The translations under genes were made by a program, and so were the position numbers. This document shows positions 27,090 through 35,665 of a DNA stretch of 64,000 nt, piece after piece. Position 1 is the stretch's first letter; every line of letters begins with the position of its first letter. This DNA is from Klebsiella phage NU-KP11, in the sequence record OR644643.1, one strand, 5' to 3'. The notes under the pieces were generated by a model. That model did no database searches and had not been told where the DNA came from. It saw only the letters and a list, made by a program, of their open reading frames with translations.

Positions 27090-28789
27090 TATGCACCTCG
27101 ATCATTGATAGTACACTTTGTGAACCGTCCAACTTTCTGCATGGTGATATGTCGGTCGAAATCTTGCGGATCCAGATCCTGATGACTGATAATGATAGTG
27201 TTTCCTTCAATGCTGTCAAGTAAAGTTTTGATTGCATATGAACCTTCTCGGTCAAGTGGCCCGTCAAAAACTTCATCCAGGATCAGAAGGGATAAATCAA
27301 CACCAGAAATTTTACTGGTTACATCGCGCCAGGTGAACAATAAAGCAAGGTTAATACGTGCTCTTTCGCCTTGACTGAACGATGCGTAACTAAAATCATT
27401 ACGACCCAGCGATTTAATAGATTCGTTAAATTCGTCATCCAGAGTGAACTGATAATCAGCACCCAACAGATCCAGATAGTACGCAATCTGTTTATTGAAG
27501 TAAGGAATATAACGTTTAACGATGCTCGCTTTAACGCCGGAATCTTTCAGCAGATCCGTAACAATACCTCTGAAATATTTTTCCTTGACAAATCCGGAAC
27601 GTTTAGAATCAAGTTCCTTTTCATCTTCACGGAGTTTTTCAACTGGGGATTCATCGATCACCACGTCTTCCTGTGCTTTATCCATGACAGCCCGAACACG
27701 TTTAGCCGCTGCAACTTCATTTTGAAGTGTACCGCGTAGTGATTCGTATTTGGATTTCAGCCCATTTAGTGTACGTTGTTGTGTTAGTAAATCATCCATG
27801 ATTTTCTGTAGCTGATCTTGTTTGTTCTTAATCAGCGTAAGTTTCTGAGTACCGTTTTTAATATTCTCGGCAATCTCTTCCATGCGTTCAGGAGTGGGGC
27901 TAATTGGCTGTTTACAGGCCGGACATTCACCACCCTTGCGATACATCACCTCAAGACGCTGCAACTGTTCTACGTTCATTGAGAGGCGTGTATAGCCATC
28001 ACGCAGTTTTTGAATATTTGCTGTTTGGTCTTCACCATTGATCACACATTCTGCGATCTGGGTTTGAAGTTCAACTAATTGCGCTTTAATCTGTTTTGCT
28101 GTTTCTACGTGGGAATCGTAGATATCCTGGTAACGCGCCGTATTCTGATTTGCTTTTGCCCGTTGTTCGTCAATGAACTTTTGATGTGTTGCGATCTGCT
28201 GTTGTACGTGTCCAATCTGCATTGAAAGCGTATCCAGTTCACGGTTAACACCACGGATGTATGATTTGTTCAGTTTGTCCATTTCACTGATGATAGACAA
28301 AGACAACAAATCTTCAACCAGTTTACGGCGATCTGGTGTTTTCAGTTCCATGAAAGGTACATAACCAGCAGTACCCAGAACGATAACCTGTTTAAAGCCC
28401 ACCAGGTTAATATTCAACATTGATTCAAGCTGTGACTGATAATCACCAGCGGCTGAATCTTCCGGCAGTTTTTCGCCATTCTTCCAGATCTCAAATACTT
28501 TCGGCTTTTGTCCACGGATGATTTTATATTCATCATTGCCGTATTCGATCAACAGTTCAACCAGACATTTTTTCTTGTTGATACTGTTCACCAGTTGCCC
28601 GACTTTCAGATCGCGAAATGACTTACCAAAGAGAGCATATGTAAGCGCTTCGATCATGGTGGATTTACCACCGCCGTTTTTACCCGTAATGAGGGTTTTC
28701 TTTGCTGAATCAAAATCAATGACGATCGGTACGTTACCAACCGACAAGATATTTTGATAAGTCAATGTTTTAAATTTGAGTTTCATCAA
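27089..28789 (-). CDS. 46: Recombination endonuclease subunit gp46 (SbcC/Rad50-like)
   Basis: Walker A ITGKNGGGKST. Long central coiled-coil with a CPACKQ zinc hook. C-terminal LILDEVFDGPLD (Walker B/D-loop). 566 aa. Confidence 0.85.
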   Translation of the reverse strand: MMKLKFKTLTYQNILSVGNVPIVIDFDSAKKTLITGKNGGGKSTMIEALTYALFGKSFRDLKVGQLVNSINKKKCLVELLIEYGNDEYKIIRGQKPKVFEIWKNGEKLPEDSAAGDYQSQLESMLNINLVGFKQVIVLGTAGYVPFMELKTPDRRKLVEDLLSLSIISEMDKLNKSYIRGVNRELDTLSMQIGHVQQQIATHQKFIDEQRAKANQNTARYQDIYDSHVETAKQIKAQLVELQTQIAECVINGEDQTANIQKLRDGYTRLSMNVEQLQRLEVMYRKGGECPACKQPISPTPERMEEIAENIKNGTQKLTLIKNKQDQLQKIMDDLLTQQRTLNGLKSKYESLRGTLQNEVAAAKRVRAVMDKAQEDVVIDESPVEKLREDEKELDSKRSGFVKEKYFRGIVTDLLKDSGVKASIVKRYIPYFNKQIAYYLDLLGADYQFTLDDEFNESIKSLGRNDFSYASFSQGERARINLALLFTWRDVTSKISGVDLSLLILDEVFDGPLDREGSYAIKTLLDSIEGNTIIISHQDLDPQDFDRHITMQKVGRFTKCTINDRGA

Positions 28790-29057
28790 TTATCCTTTGG
28801 GATATATCACTAATCATGTTTGTAATCGTGCTATCAAAGCAGTATATCACGGAATCTTCATCCATGCTATTCAGGACAGTAAATGTCCAAACCTTTGTTT
28901 CGTGATAGTTGTCTTTAATCAAAGTGAACCCCAATGACACATACTCATTATGGGAATCCTGCTGTACTGCAACAATCACATCAAATCCAAACATTTTATA
29001 AAGGGCTTTATATCGCCCTTCTTCGTTTAAAATATTAACGTAATCAACTATTTCCAT
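28770..29057 (-). CDS. Hypothetical protein (46.1 position)
   Basis: The ORF-track start is a GTG. A likely ATG start is at MEIV. Overlaps the gp47 3' end. Confidence 0.35.
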   Translation of the reverse strand: MEIVDYVNILNEEGRYKALYKMFGFDVIVAVQQDSHNEYVSLGFTLIKDNYHETKVWTFTVLNSMDEDSVIYCFDSTITNMISDISQRIIDETQI

Positions 29058-30090
29058 TGCTCGTAACCTCTGCATACAATGCACTCATTATTGCAGATAC
29101 TTCGGTCTTTTCTTCTGGAGTGATCTGCATGTTGTTGATGTACTCACTAATCAATCCAGATACACTTTTGATTTCAAAATCAGTATCGACTTCTGAATCA
29201 GTGATCACGCGATCGACAATGTTCAATTCATAAACTGTTTCTTCCAGTTTTGTTTGAAACTTAGGCAAATCGTTATCAACTTCGCGTACAATCAAGCGAA
29301 CAGAGCAATTTTTGTAATCTGCAACATCAACATCTTTTTGATCCGGATAGGTGATCCGGCGATGGTGGCATACTGGGTTAGCAATGAAAGTTAATTCACG
29401 TTTACCGTCGCCATAAGATAGCTCATAGAAGCCCCTGGTTTCGTCCTCATCGTTCGCGCTCATGGTCAGAGGTGTACCGATATAGAAAACGTTAGCGCCT
29501 TCGTTAGCGTGATGATAGTGGCCTGAATACACGATATCATATTTCTTTAAGAAATCAGGTTCAAGCCCATGATCCGCTTTACTGTTCTTATAGAAATAGT
29601 ATCCGGACAGTTCAAAGTGTCCTAAGCAGTATTGAGATTTTGACTTTTTGATGAAATCAAAAATCTGTTGTGTGTTTTCTTGACAAATCCACGGGATCAA
29701 ATCGATTGATTGCAGCGGAGAAGTATCAAGATTTACTGTCATCGGTTCATCAACAACCGTGAAGCAATCATACTGATCAAGAATCTCTCGCGGTGAGTTA
29801 GGGCGGATCTTGTCTTTAAACTGGCAATCGTGGTTCCCAACCAGAACATAGATATGTAATCCGGCTTCTTCCAGTAGTGGCACAATACGTTCACGAATGA
29901 ATTTCATCGTGGTTTGTGTGGTGGCCTTGCGCACATCAAAGAAATCACCAGCATGGAAAGCCTCGGTAATGCCGTTTGCTTTGCAGTGTTCTACGATTTG
30001 TACGAATACATTGTATAGGTTTTCTTCATTCCAGGGGTTGTCCTGACGCAAGCCAGCGTGAGTATCCCCGATCATTAAGTACTTTCTCAT
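29044..30090 (-). CDS. 47: Recombination endonuclease subunit gp47 (SbcD/Mre11-like)
   Basis: Phosphoesterase motifs MIGDTHAG, GDFFD, GNHD and GHYH are present. 348 aa. Confidence 0.85.
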   Translation of the reverse strand: MRKYLMIGDTHAGLRQDNPWNEENLYNVFVQIVEHCKANGITEAFHAGDFFDVRKATTQTTMKFIRERIVPLLEEAGLHIYVLVGNHDCQFKDKIRPNSPREILDQYDCFTVVDEPMTVNLDTSPLQSIDLIPWICQENTQQIFDFIKKSKSQYCLGHFELSGYYFYKNSKADHGLEPDFLKKYDIVYSGHYHHANEGANVFYIGTPLTMSANDEDETRGFYELSYGDGKRELTFIANPVCHHRRITYPDQKDVDVADYKNCSVRLIVREVDNDLPKFQTKLEETVYELNIVDRVITDSEVDTDFEIKSVSGLISEYINNMQITPEEKTEVSAIMSALYAEVTSNGNS

Positions 30091-30101
30091 AAGACCCTCA
30101 T

Positions 30102-30117
30102 AGCCCCTTTCGGGGCT
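30102..30117 (-). other. RNA hairpin AGCCCC-GAAA-GGGGCU just upstream of the gene 47 RBS, with no U-run
   Basis: Read directly from the sequence. Confidence 0.4.
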
Positions 30118-30126
30118 ACTTGTTTG

Positions 30127-30453
30127 TTATTGCTTCTGTTGTGAAGCTACGATATTTCGAATTGATGCTAGTGAAGTGTTCCACATCGTATCAATGAAAT
30201 CCTCTGTATACGGCTGTTTGAGCATATCACGAAGTTTCTTAACCGCATACACATACTGAACTTTATTACCCCTGAATAGGGCTTCCTCTGCGTGTCTACG
30301 GAGGCGTTTGATCTCAGTCCGGTTCTTCTTAATGAATTTTTGTGCTCGCTTCAATGCATCGGCTTCTACACGTGCCTGGATCTTTTGTCGAATTTCCTCT
30401 TCTGGATCCACTTCTTCCACACTGGTTAGTACTTCTTTCTCTTCATCAATCAT
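30127..30453 (-). CDS. Hypothetical protein
   Basis: 108-aa charged ORF between 55 and 47. This is the slot alpha-gt/47.1 occupies in T4. Confidence 0.4.
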   Translation of the reverse strand: MIDEEKEVLTSVEEVDPEEEIRQKIQARVEADALKRAQKFIKKNRTEIKRLRRHAEEALFRGNKVQYVYAVKKLRDMLKQPYTEDFIDTMWNTSLASIRNIVASQQKQ

Positions 30454-30661
30454 AAGTGATCTCCATGATCATAGTTTCGGCGTTTATCATATAAGACAAA
30501 ACCCCTTCTTCTACTTCGAAATCGGGGTTTCTTACGTCAGTTGGATCGATGATAACCGGGATTCCCACGTTTTGCAACTCTAATTTTACGAAGTAGGGTA
30601 GCAAGTCAATTTCGTAATCGATATCAGTTAATATTTTGTTTAAGTCAATTATTGCTTTCAT
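30446..30661 (-). CDS. Hypothetical protein
   Basis: 71-aa ORF. Confidence 0.4.
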   Translation of the reverse strand: MKAIIDLNKILTDIDYEIDLLPYFVKLELQNVGIPVIIDPTDVRNPDFEVEEGVLSYMINAETMIMEITYD

Positions 30662-31185
30662 AGAAAATCTTCCAATGTTGGGAATACTTCCGCTTCCTTG
30701 TCTTTGGTTTTGGTGGCGGAAGCCTCGTACTGAGATAGTTTGTCATGTAGATCTTGAATGAAACCTTCGTCTGCAATACTAACCATATCTGAATCTTCGC
30801 AGTCGTAAACGTGCTCAAGGAAGAATTTATATTTCTTCGCGTTCTCTTTTTTCTCGTACAGAATACGTGTTACGAATGCTTGCCAACATGCTTTGTTAAT
30901 GTAACCGTAAACGTTGGTATAACGAGTTTCATCGAAGTTATGCAGTCCTGAGATTGCAGCGGAAATTCCGTCATCGATCATATCCATTTTCCAATCTTCG
31001 GAATAACGGTTGAAGTTGTAACGACGTGATAGCCCGTTTGCAATATCCATAATAGCAGCACCTAACTCATTAGGCATTTTGCGATCACCTGTTTCGGCGA
31101 TTTGCTTTTTCCATGCACAGAGGATAGGGTATAATTTTTCATTGTCTGCGTAGATATTGGTTGTTTCTTTAGTCATAGTATTCAT
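30658..31185 (-). CDS. 55: Late-transcription sigma factor gp55
   Basis: [64 protein letters not shown] aligns with T4 gp55 [73 protein letters not shown] SD. Confidence 0.88.
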   Translation of the reverse strand: [175 protein letters not shown]

Positions 31186-31208
31186 ATTTCCTCTTTGAAG
31201 TTAAGAAT

Positions 31209-31236
31209 ATTATATAATAACTGTAGACAAAATCAA
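31209..31236 (-). promoter_or_regulatory. Sigma70-like promoter for gene 55 (TTGATT-16-TATAAT, minus strand)
   Basis: Read directly from the minus strand: TTGATTttgtctacagttattaTATAAT, about 30 nt upstream of the gp55 SD. Confidence 0.5.
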
Positions 31237-31261
31237 ATTTCATTCTATATTATTTAAGGTT

Positions 31262-31412
31262 AAAGTAGATCTAATGATCTATAGATCAGATCTAAATTAT
31301 ATAAAATTTATTGATTTTAGTACTTGACCTACAATGATCATTGTAGTAAAATAATTATTAATTAATAAATTATAGATCATAAATTTGATCAGATCAAGTA
31401 TTATTGATCAAA
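31262..31412. promoter_or_regulatory. GATC-rich palindrome array in a 300-bp AT-rich divergent intergenic region
   Basis: Nine GATC sites in about 140 bp. Perfect palindromes TGATCTATAGATCA and CTACAATGATCATTGTAG. TGATCA occurs three times and AGATCT twice. Confidence 0.5.
31324..31352 (+). promoter_or_regulatory. Sigma70-like promoter P1 for rnh (TTGACC-17-TAAAAT) with an 18-bp palindrome in the spacer
   Basis: TTGACCtacaatgatcattgtagTAAAAT. The spacer is the perfect inverted repeat CTACAATGATCATTGTAG, which looks like an operator. Confidence 0.5.
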
Positions 31413-31431
31413 ATTTTTATGGTCTTTTGTA

Positions 31432-31459
31432 TTGACTTCATTTCGTAAGTTACTACAAT
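31432..31459 (+). promoter_or_regulatory. Sigma70-like promoter P2 for rnh (TTGACT-16-TACAAT)
   Basis: TTGACTtcatttcgtaagttacTACAAT, about 30 nt upstream of the rnh SD (GAGG) and the ATG at 31490. Confidence 0.55.
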
Positions 31460-31489
31460 AACCCCGTTCTTTGAAAAATTGAGGTATGT

Positions 31490-32425
31490 ATGAGCAGTTT
31501 TGCAAGCATGTTTAACTTGAACAAGCTGATGCAAGATGAAGGGGAACCCGATGATACTATGGTCATCGATATCTCTAACATTTCCATCGCTACACTGATG
31601 AACAACTTCAAACCAAAGGAACAAGCATCCATCACGATCGAAATGATTCGTCATCTGGTGCTTGACACTTTACGGTTTAACGTTGTAAAATTTAAAGGTG
31701 AGTATCCAGAAATCGTGATTGCCTTCGATGACAGAAATTACTGGCGTAGGCAAAAAGCCTGGTACTACAAAAAACGTCGTCAGATCGAACACGAAGAATC
31801 AGAATGGGATTGGGATCGTCTGAACAACTTCCTGAATCCTGTGTTCGAAGAAATCCGTCAGAATATGCCTTATCTCGGATTAAAGGTTGAATTCGCGGAA
31901 GCTGATGATATAATTGCTGTTGTTACGAAAAAAGCTGTTGGTGAAGGTAGACGAGTATTAGTGGTTTCTGCTGATAGCGACTTTACACAACTACAGAAAT
32001 ATAACGGTGTTCGTCAATGGTCGCCTCCCCAGAAAAAATGGGTAACGCCTAAGTACGGTTCACCACGTAACGATCTGCGATACAAAAATATCAAAGGCGA
32101 TAAAAAAGATAGTATCGCTTGCATTAAAATTAGAAATGATTATATTGTGACGAAGGTTGAAGGTGAACGCGCCCCAGCGGTAAAATCCTCTGAGTTAGAG
32201 GCATGGCTGGAGGCAGACGATCCTACAACATTGATGACCCCTGAATGGGCCGCACGTTACAAAGAAAATGAGGAACTACGCGATTTCGAATTTATACCAA
32301 AAGATATTGAAAATTCGATTATTGAAGCGTATAATACTCCAAAATCCGGAAGTAAAGCCAAAATGGAACGTTACTTCATGGATAACAAACTTTCCCGTAT
32401 GTTCGAAAAACTGAGTGATTTTTGA
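31490..32425 (+). CDS. rnh: RNase H (5'-3' exonuclease/FEN)
   Basis: MVRHLVLDTLRFNVVKFK...YWRRQKAWYYKKRR aligns with T4 RNase H MVRHLILNSIKFNVKKAK...YWRRDFAYYYKKNR. 311 aa. Confidence 0.88.
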   Translation: MSSFASMFNLNKLMQDEGEPDDTMVIDISNISIATLMNNFKPKEQASITIEMIRHLVLDTLRFNVVKFKGEYPEIVIAFDDRNYWRRQKAWYYKKRRQIEHEESEWDWDRLNNFLNPVFEEIRQNMPYLGLKVEFAEADDIIAVVTKKAVGEGRRVLVVSADSDFTQLQKYNGVRQWSPPQKKWVTPKYGSPRNDLRYKNIKGDKKDSIACIKIRNDYIVTKVEGERAPAVKSSELEAWLEADDPTTLMTPEWAARYKENEELRDFEFIPKDIENSIIEAYNTPKSGSKAKMERYFMDNKLSRMFEKLSDF

Positions 32426-32434
32426 GGTAACAAA

Positions 32435-32698
32435 ATGAGTGTAGAATTTTTACAAACAAACCCTGATGTAGCAAAACAGGTAAAAGAACTGATCAAAGAA
32501 GCATCCAACGTGAAAACTCAAGTTGAGATCTTCAACGGCACGTTCAAGGATATCAAATCCAAAGCAAAAACTGATTTCGGTATCGATGGAAAAACCTTCG
32601 GGAAACTGTTCAAACTGTATCACGAACAGGCCCGTACCGCTTTCGAAGAAGAAAACAACGAACTGATCGAACTGTATGATATGATCGATAAGGCGTAA
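32435..32698 (+). CDS. dsbA: dsDNA-binding protein DsbA
   Basis: LIKEASN...IKSKAKTDFGIDGKTFGKLFKLYHEQ aligns with T4 DsbA FIKEASD...IRIRAKDELGVDGKMFNRLLALYHKD. 87 aa. In T4 position after rnh. Confidence 0.75.
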   Translation: MSVEFLQTNPDVAKQVKELIKEASNVKTQVEIFNGTFKDIKSKAKTDFGIDGKTFGKLFKLYHEQARTAFEEENNELIELYDMIDKA

Positions 32699-32701
32699 AG
32701 C

Positions 32702-32947
32702 ATGATCGGAAATAAGACCGAAGTCGGTTTGTATATCGAAAATCTGGTTGCCTCTGAGGGGGCAACCTACATGGAAGCAACGCTACAATGGATGGATGAA
32801 AATTCTATTGATTATGCGATGCTGAATAAAACGGTTCCTCGCGCGATCCTTGATAAGATTAGCGACGAAGCGATCAAAGGGAACATGCTTCGCCCATCGG
32901 TTGCGCTTGAACATAGTTCATCAACCACTCTGGACGGCTTCATGTGA
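32702..32947 (+). CDS. 33: Late-transcription accessory protein gp33
   Basis: TYMEATLQWMDENSI and NMLRPSV match T4 gp33 SYLEATTAFLEENSI and NLLRPSV. In T4 position. Confidence 0.7.
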   Translation: MIGNKTEVGLYIENLVASEGATYMEATLQWMDENSIDYAMLNKTVPRAILDKISDEAIKGNMLRPSVALEHSSSTTLDGFM

Positions 32948-33603
32948 GATTCAAAGCTCCGTTTGCTGATAGCGAGGCGAATTCACGGCTTGTGCCTTTG
33001 TCTGTATACAAGTTATATCTGGCGATGAAAACTCATTTCCAGGGGCGTTTTGATGTCCTTCAATACAACTGGCAGATCAAAGTTAGTGAAAACGCCTTTA
33101 ACAAGCGAAAGGATAGATATTTCTTTGTAAAATTAGCTCAACGCTTTACATTCAAAGAAATCTATTTTATATTCCTCTCCAACTTCGTAGCCAATCCGGA
33201 TTTCTGGGTAGGCGATGTTGATGAAGATAGTATTGTCTTTTACAGGCAGTACATAGGAAAGTTACAAAGACTAGATAACGTGTTTGTGGATGACGTTAAA
33301 AACGTGTACGAATTCGCCAAAATGAAAGAGATCCCCGTGTCTCTGGTGTTCAAGTACAGCGAAAAATCATCAACGTCCTACATAAGCAAACTTGTCCTGT
33401 CAAATGTGATATCTTACGAATCGTTTTTGATTTTTGACTCATTTTTAGGTATCATAAATAAACACGATCAAGTAGCTGATGATATTATTTGGTCTGACTT
33501 TAGCATTAAGTTAAAGGCATACAGAAAAATATTTGACCTTACTGAAAAAGATATCATAAAATATCGAAACTTAATGAAACAAACGTTAATCAAACTAAAC
33601 TAA
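32944..33603 (+). CDS. 59: Helicase loader gp59
   Basis: 219 aa (T4 gp59 is 217 aa). It sits immediately upstream of gene 32, as in T4, and overlaps gene 33. Confidence 0.7.
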   Translation: MRFKAPFADSEANSRLVPLSVYKLYLAMKTHFQGRFDVLQYNWQIKVSENAFNKRKDRYFFVKLAQRFTFKEIYFIFLSNFVANPDFWVGDVDEDSIVFYRQYIGKLQRLDNVFVDDVKNVYEFAKMKEIPVSLVFKYSEKSSTSYISKLVLSNVISYESFLIFDSFLGIINKHDQVADDIIWSDFSIKLKAYRKIFDLTEKDIIKYRNLMKQTLIKLN

Positions 33604-33618
33604 ACGAGAAAACAGAAT

Positions 33619-34590
33619 ATGAGCAGCATTTTTAAACGTCAAGATCCCGCTAAACTCCAGGCACAGGTAGCAAATCTGAAAGGTGGTTCCGGCTTCCAGA
33701 AAGATGAGAAAGAATGGAAACTGACCCTGGACGCACAGAAAAACGGTTCCGCCGTTATTCGATTCCTCCCAGCACGTTCCGATGATGAACTGGCGTTCGT
33801 CCGTATCGTGAGCCACTCTTTCAAGAAAAACAACCAGTGGTATATTGAGAACTGTTCCTCTACCCACGGCGATTATGACGGCTGTCCTGCATGTAAGTAC
33901 ATTTCCGAAAACGATCTGTATGAGAAGGCTAAAGCCAACAAAAACGGGCCAGAAGATAAGCTACTGAGCCAGATCGGTCGTAAACAAAGTTTCTGGGCTA
34001 ACGTCCTGATCGTTAAAGACCCAGGCGCTCCAGAAAACGAAGGTAAGGTGTTCAAATACCGCTTCGGTAAGAAAATCATGGACAAGATCACCGCCGCAAT
34101 TAACGGTAATCCAGAACTTGATGAACCGGGTATTGCTGTAACCTGTCCGTTTGATGGTGCTAACTTCACCCTGAAAGCGAAAAAAGTTGGTGATTGGCCT
34201 AACTATGACGATAGCTCGTTTGGTGTTCCGGCTAAGATCAAAAACATCGACGATGAAGAAGTTCAGAAAGCAATTTTCGAAGGTATGAGCGATCTTCGCC
34301 CAATCACTGCCGAAAGCGAATTCAAACCGCTGGCTGACCTGACTACTCGCTTCAATAAAGTTATGGGTAGTTCGATTGGTTCTGCTGGTTCCAGCGCTTC
34401 CGCTGACCTTGATAGCGAACTGAGCAACTTCGATAACGAAATGGCTAAGTTTGACAATCAGACATCTGATGTGAAATCATCTGGTGGTGTTGCATCGGTT
34501 CCGGTAGGCGAAGATGACGGCGTACCGTTCGACCTGGATGATTCTGATAGCTCCGGTGATGACGACCTGGATAAACTGTTAGACATGTAA
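33619..34590 (+). CDS. 32: ssDNA-binding protein gp32
   Basis: EWKLTLDAQKNGSAVIRFLP, YIENCSSTHGDYDGCPAC, SFWANVLIVKDPGAPENEGKVFKYRFGKKI and the acidic C-terminal tail all align with T4 gp32. Confidence 0.92.
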   Translation: MSSIFKRQDPAKLQAQVANLKGGSGFQKDEKEWKLTLDAQKNGSAVIRFLPARSDDELAFVRIVSHSFKKNNQWYIENCSSTHGDYDGCPACKYISENDLYEKAKANKNGPEDKLLSQIGRKQSFWANVLIVKDPGAPENEGKVFKYRFGKKIMDKITAAINGNPELDEPGIAVTCPFDGANFTLKAKKVGDWPNYDDSSFGVPAKIKNIDDEEVQKAIFEGMSDLRPITAESEFKPLADLTTRFNKVMGSSIGSAGSSASADLDSELSNFDNEMAKFDNQTSDVKSSGGVASVPVGEDDGVPFDLDDSDSSGDDDLDKLLDM

Positions 34591-34596
34591 TACAAG

Positions 34597-34612
34597 CGGG
34601 GGCTTCGGCCCC
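34597..34612 (+). other. Stable RNA hairpin GGGGGC-UUCG-GCCCCC directly after the gene 32 stop, with no U-run
   Basis: Perfect 6-bp GC stem with a UUCG tetraloop. No T-tract follows, so it is more likely an mRNA-stability or processing element than a terminator. Confidence 0.5.
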
Positions 34613-34645
34613 CACTCAAAGAATTCTAAGTTAGAGAAGAAATAT

Positions 34646-34915
34646 ATGAATGAAAGTAATGTTTTTGTTGACTACATGAACCGCGTCCGTAAATCTTGGG
34701 TTGCTAAACTCTCGGACGAAACAAAAGAACTGTTTAAAGCTATGCCTCAAGAGGAACGTTTTAAACACTATCGTGACATTGATGAAAAAGTGGTTGCGGA
34801 ACATCGTAAACTTACCAGCGAACGCCGCGAAGATCCGAAGCGTACAACCGTTAAAGAAATGGCTGATATGCTTGACACAGCAGCGGAAACCGTTGTAAAA
34901 TCACTTATTAAGTAA
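34646..34915 (+). CDS. Hypothetical protein (possibly RpbA-like by position)
   Basis: 89-aa charged ORF between 32 and 45. Confidence 0.4.
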   Translation: MNESNVFVDYMNRVRKSWVAKLSDETKELFKAMPQEERFKHYRDIDEKVVAEHRKLTSERREDPKRTTVKEMADMLDTAAETVVKSLIK

Positions 34916-34941
34916 CACTTATTGAAAACTAAAGGCTGAAT

Positions 34942-35607
34942 ATGAAATTCTCTAAACAAACTATTGATATCCTGAAAAACTTTTCTCAAATCAACTCTTC
35001 GATCATGCTGACCAAAGGTTCATTCATCATGACGAAATCAATCAACAGCGTTGTATACGCAGAAGCTGAAATTGCTGATGTGATTGATGAAGATGTTGGT
35101 ATCTACGATCTCAACTCATTCCTGAACATGCTGAACATCGTCGGCACTGACGCGGAAATCACTCATGATATTTCCACTGGTGAAATCGTGATTCGCGGCG
35201 ACAAGATGAAGATCATCGAACGTTCAGCAGACGCAACAACGATCCCGAAACCGAAAAAACGTCTGGTGATGCCAGTAGCAGATCTGATTTTCCAGATTAC
35301 CGCTAACGATTTCGAAAAACTGATCAAAGCGTCTCGCATGATGAAACTGACCGACCTGTCCGTTGAACCGATTGATGGTAAACTGGTCATCACCGCGAAA
35401 AGCAAAGAAAGTCAATCAACTTTCTCCGTTGAAGTCGGTGAGTATGAAGGCGACAATGTTTTCAATTTCGATATGAAGATTGATAACATGCAGTTCATCA
35501 ACAGCGATTACAAAGTAGAGATTTCCTCCAAAGGGGCTGCAAAATTCTCTTCTGATAACGGCGTTGCTTACGTCGTTGTACTTGAAGCAAGTAGCACATT
35601 CAAGTAA
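34942..35607 (+). CDS. 45: Sliding clamp gp45
   Basis: MKFSKQTIDILKNFSQINSSIMLTKGSFIMTKSINSVVYAEAEIADVIDEDVGIYDLNSFL aligns with T4 gp45 MKLSKDTTALLKNFATINSGIMLKSGQFIMTRAVNGTTYAEANISDVIDFDVAIYDLNGFL. Confidence 0.92.
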   Translation: MKFSKQTIDILKNFSQINSSIMLTKGSFIMTKSINSVVYAEAEIADVIDEDVGIYDLNSFLNMLNIVGTDAEITHDISTGEIVIRGDKMKIIERSADATTIPKPKKRLVMPVADLIFQITANDFEKLIKASRMMKLTDLSVEPIDGKLVITAKSKESQSTFSVEVGEYEGDNVFNFDMKIDNMQFINSDYKVEISSKGAAKFSSDNGVAYVVVLEASSTFK

Positions 35608-35616
35608 GATAGTTTT

Positions 35617-35640
35617 AAGGGGCTACGGCCCCTTTCTTTT
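35617..35640 (+). terminator. Intrinsic terminator after gene 45
   Basis: AAGGGGC-TACG-GCCCCTT followed by TCTTTT. Confidence 0.55.
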
Positions 35641-35665
35641 ACACCATTTATTTTGAAGGTATATT

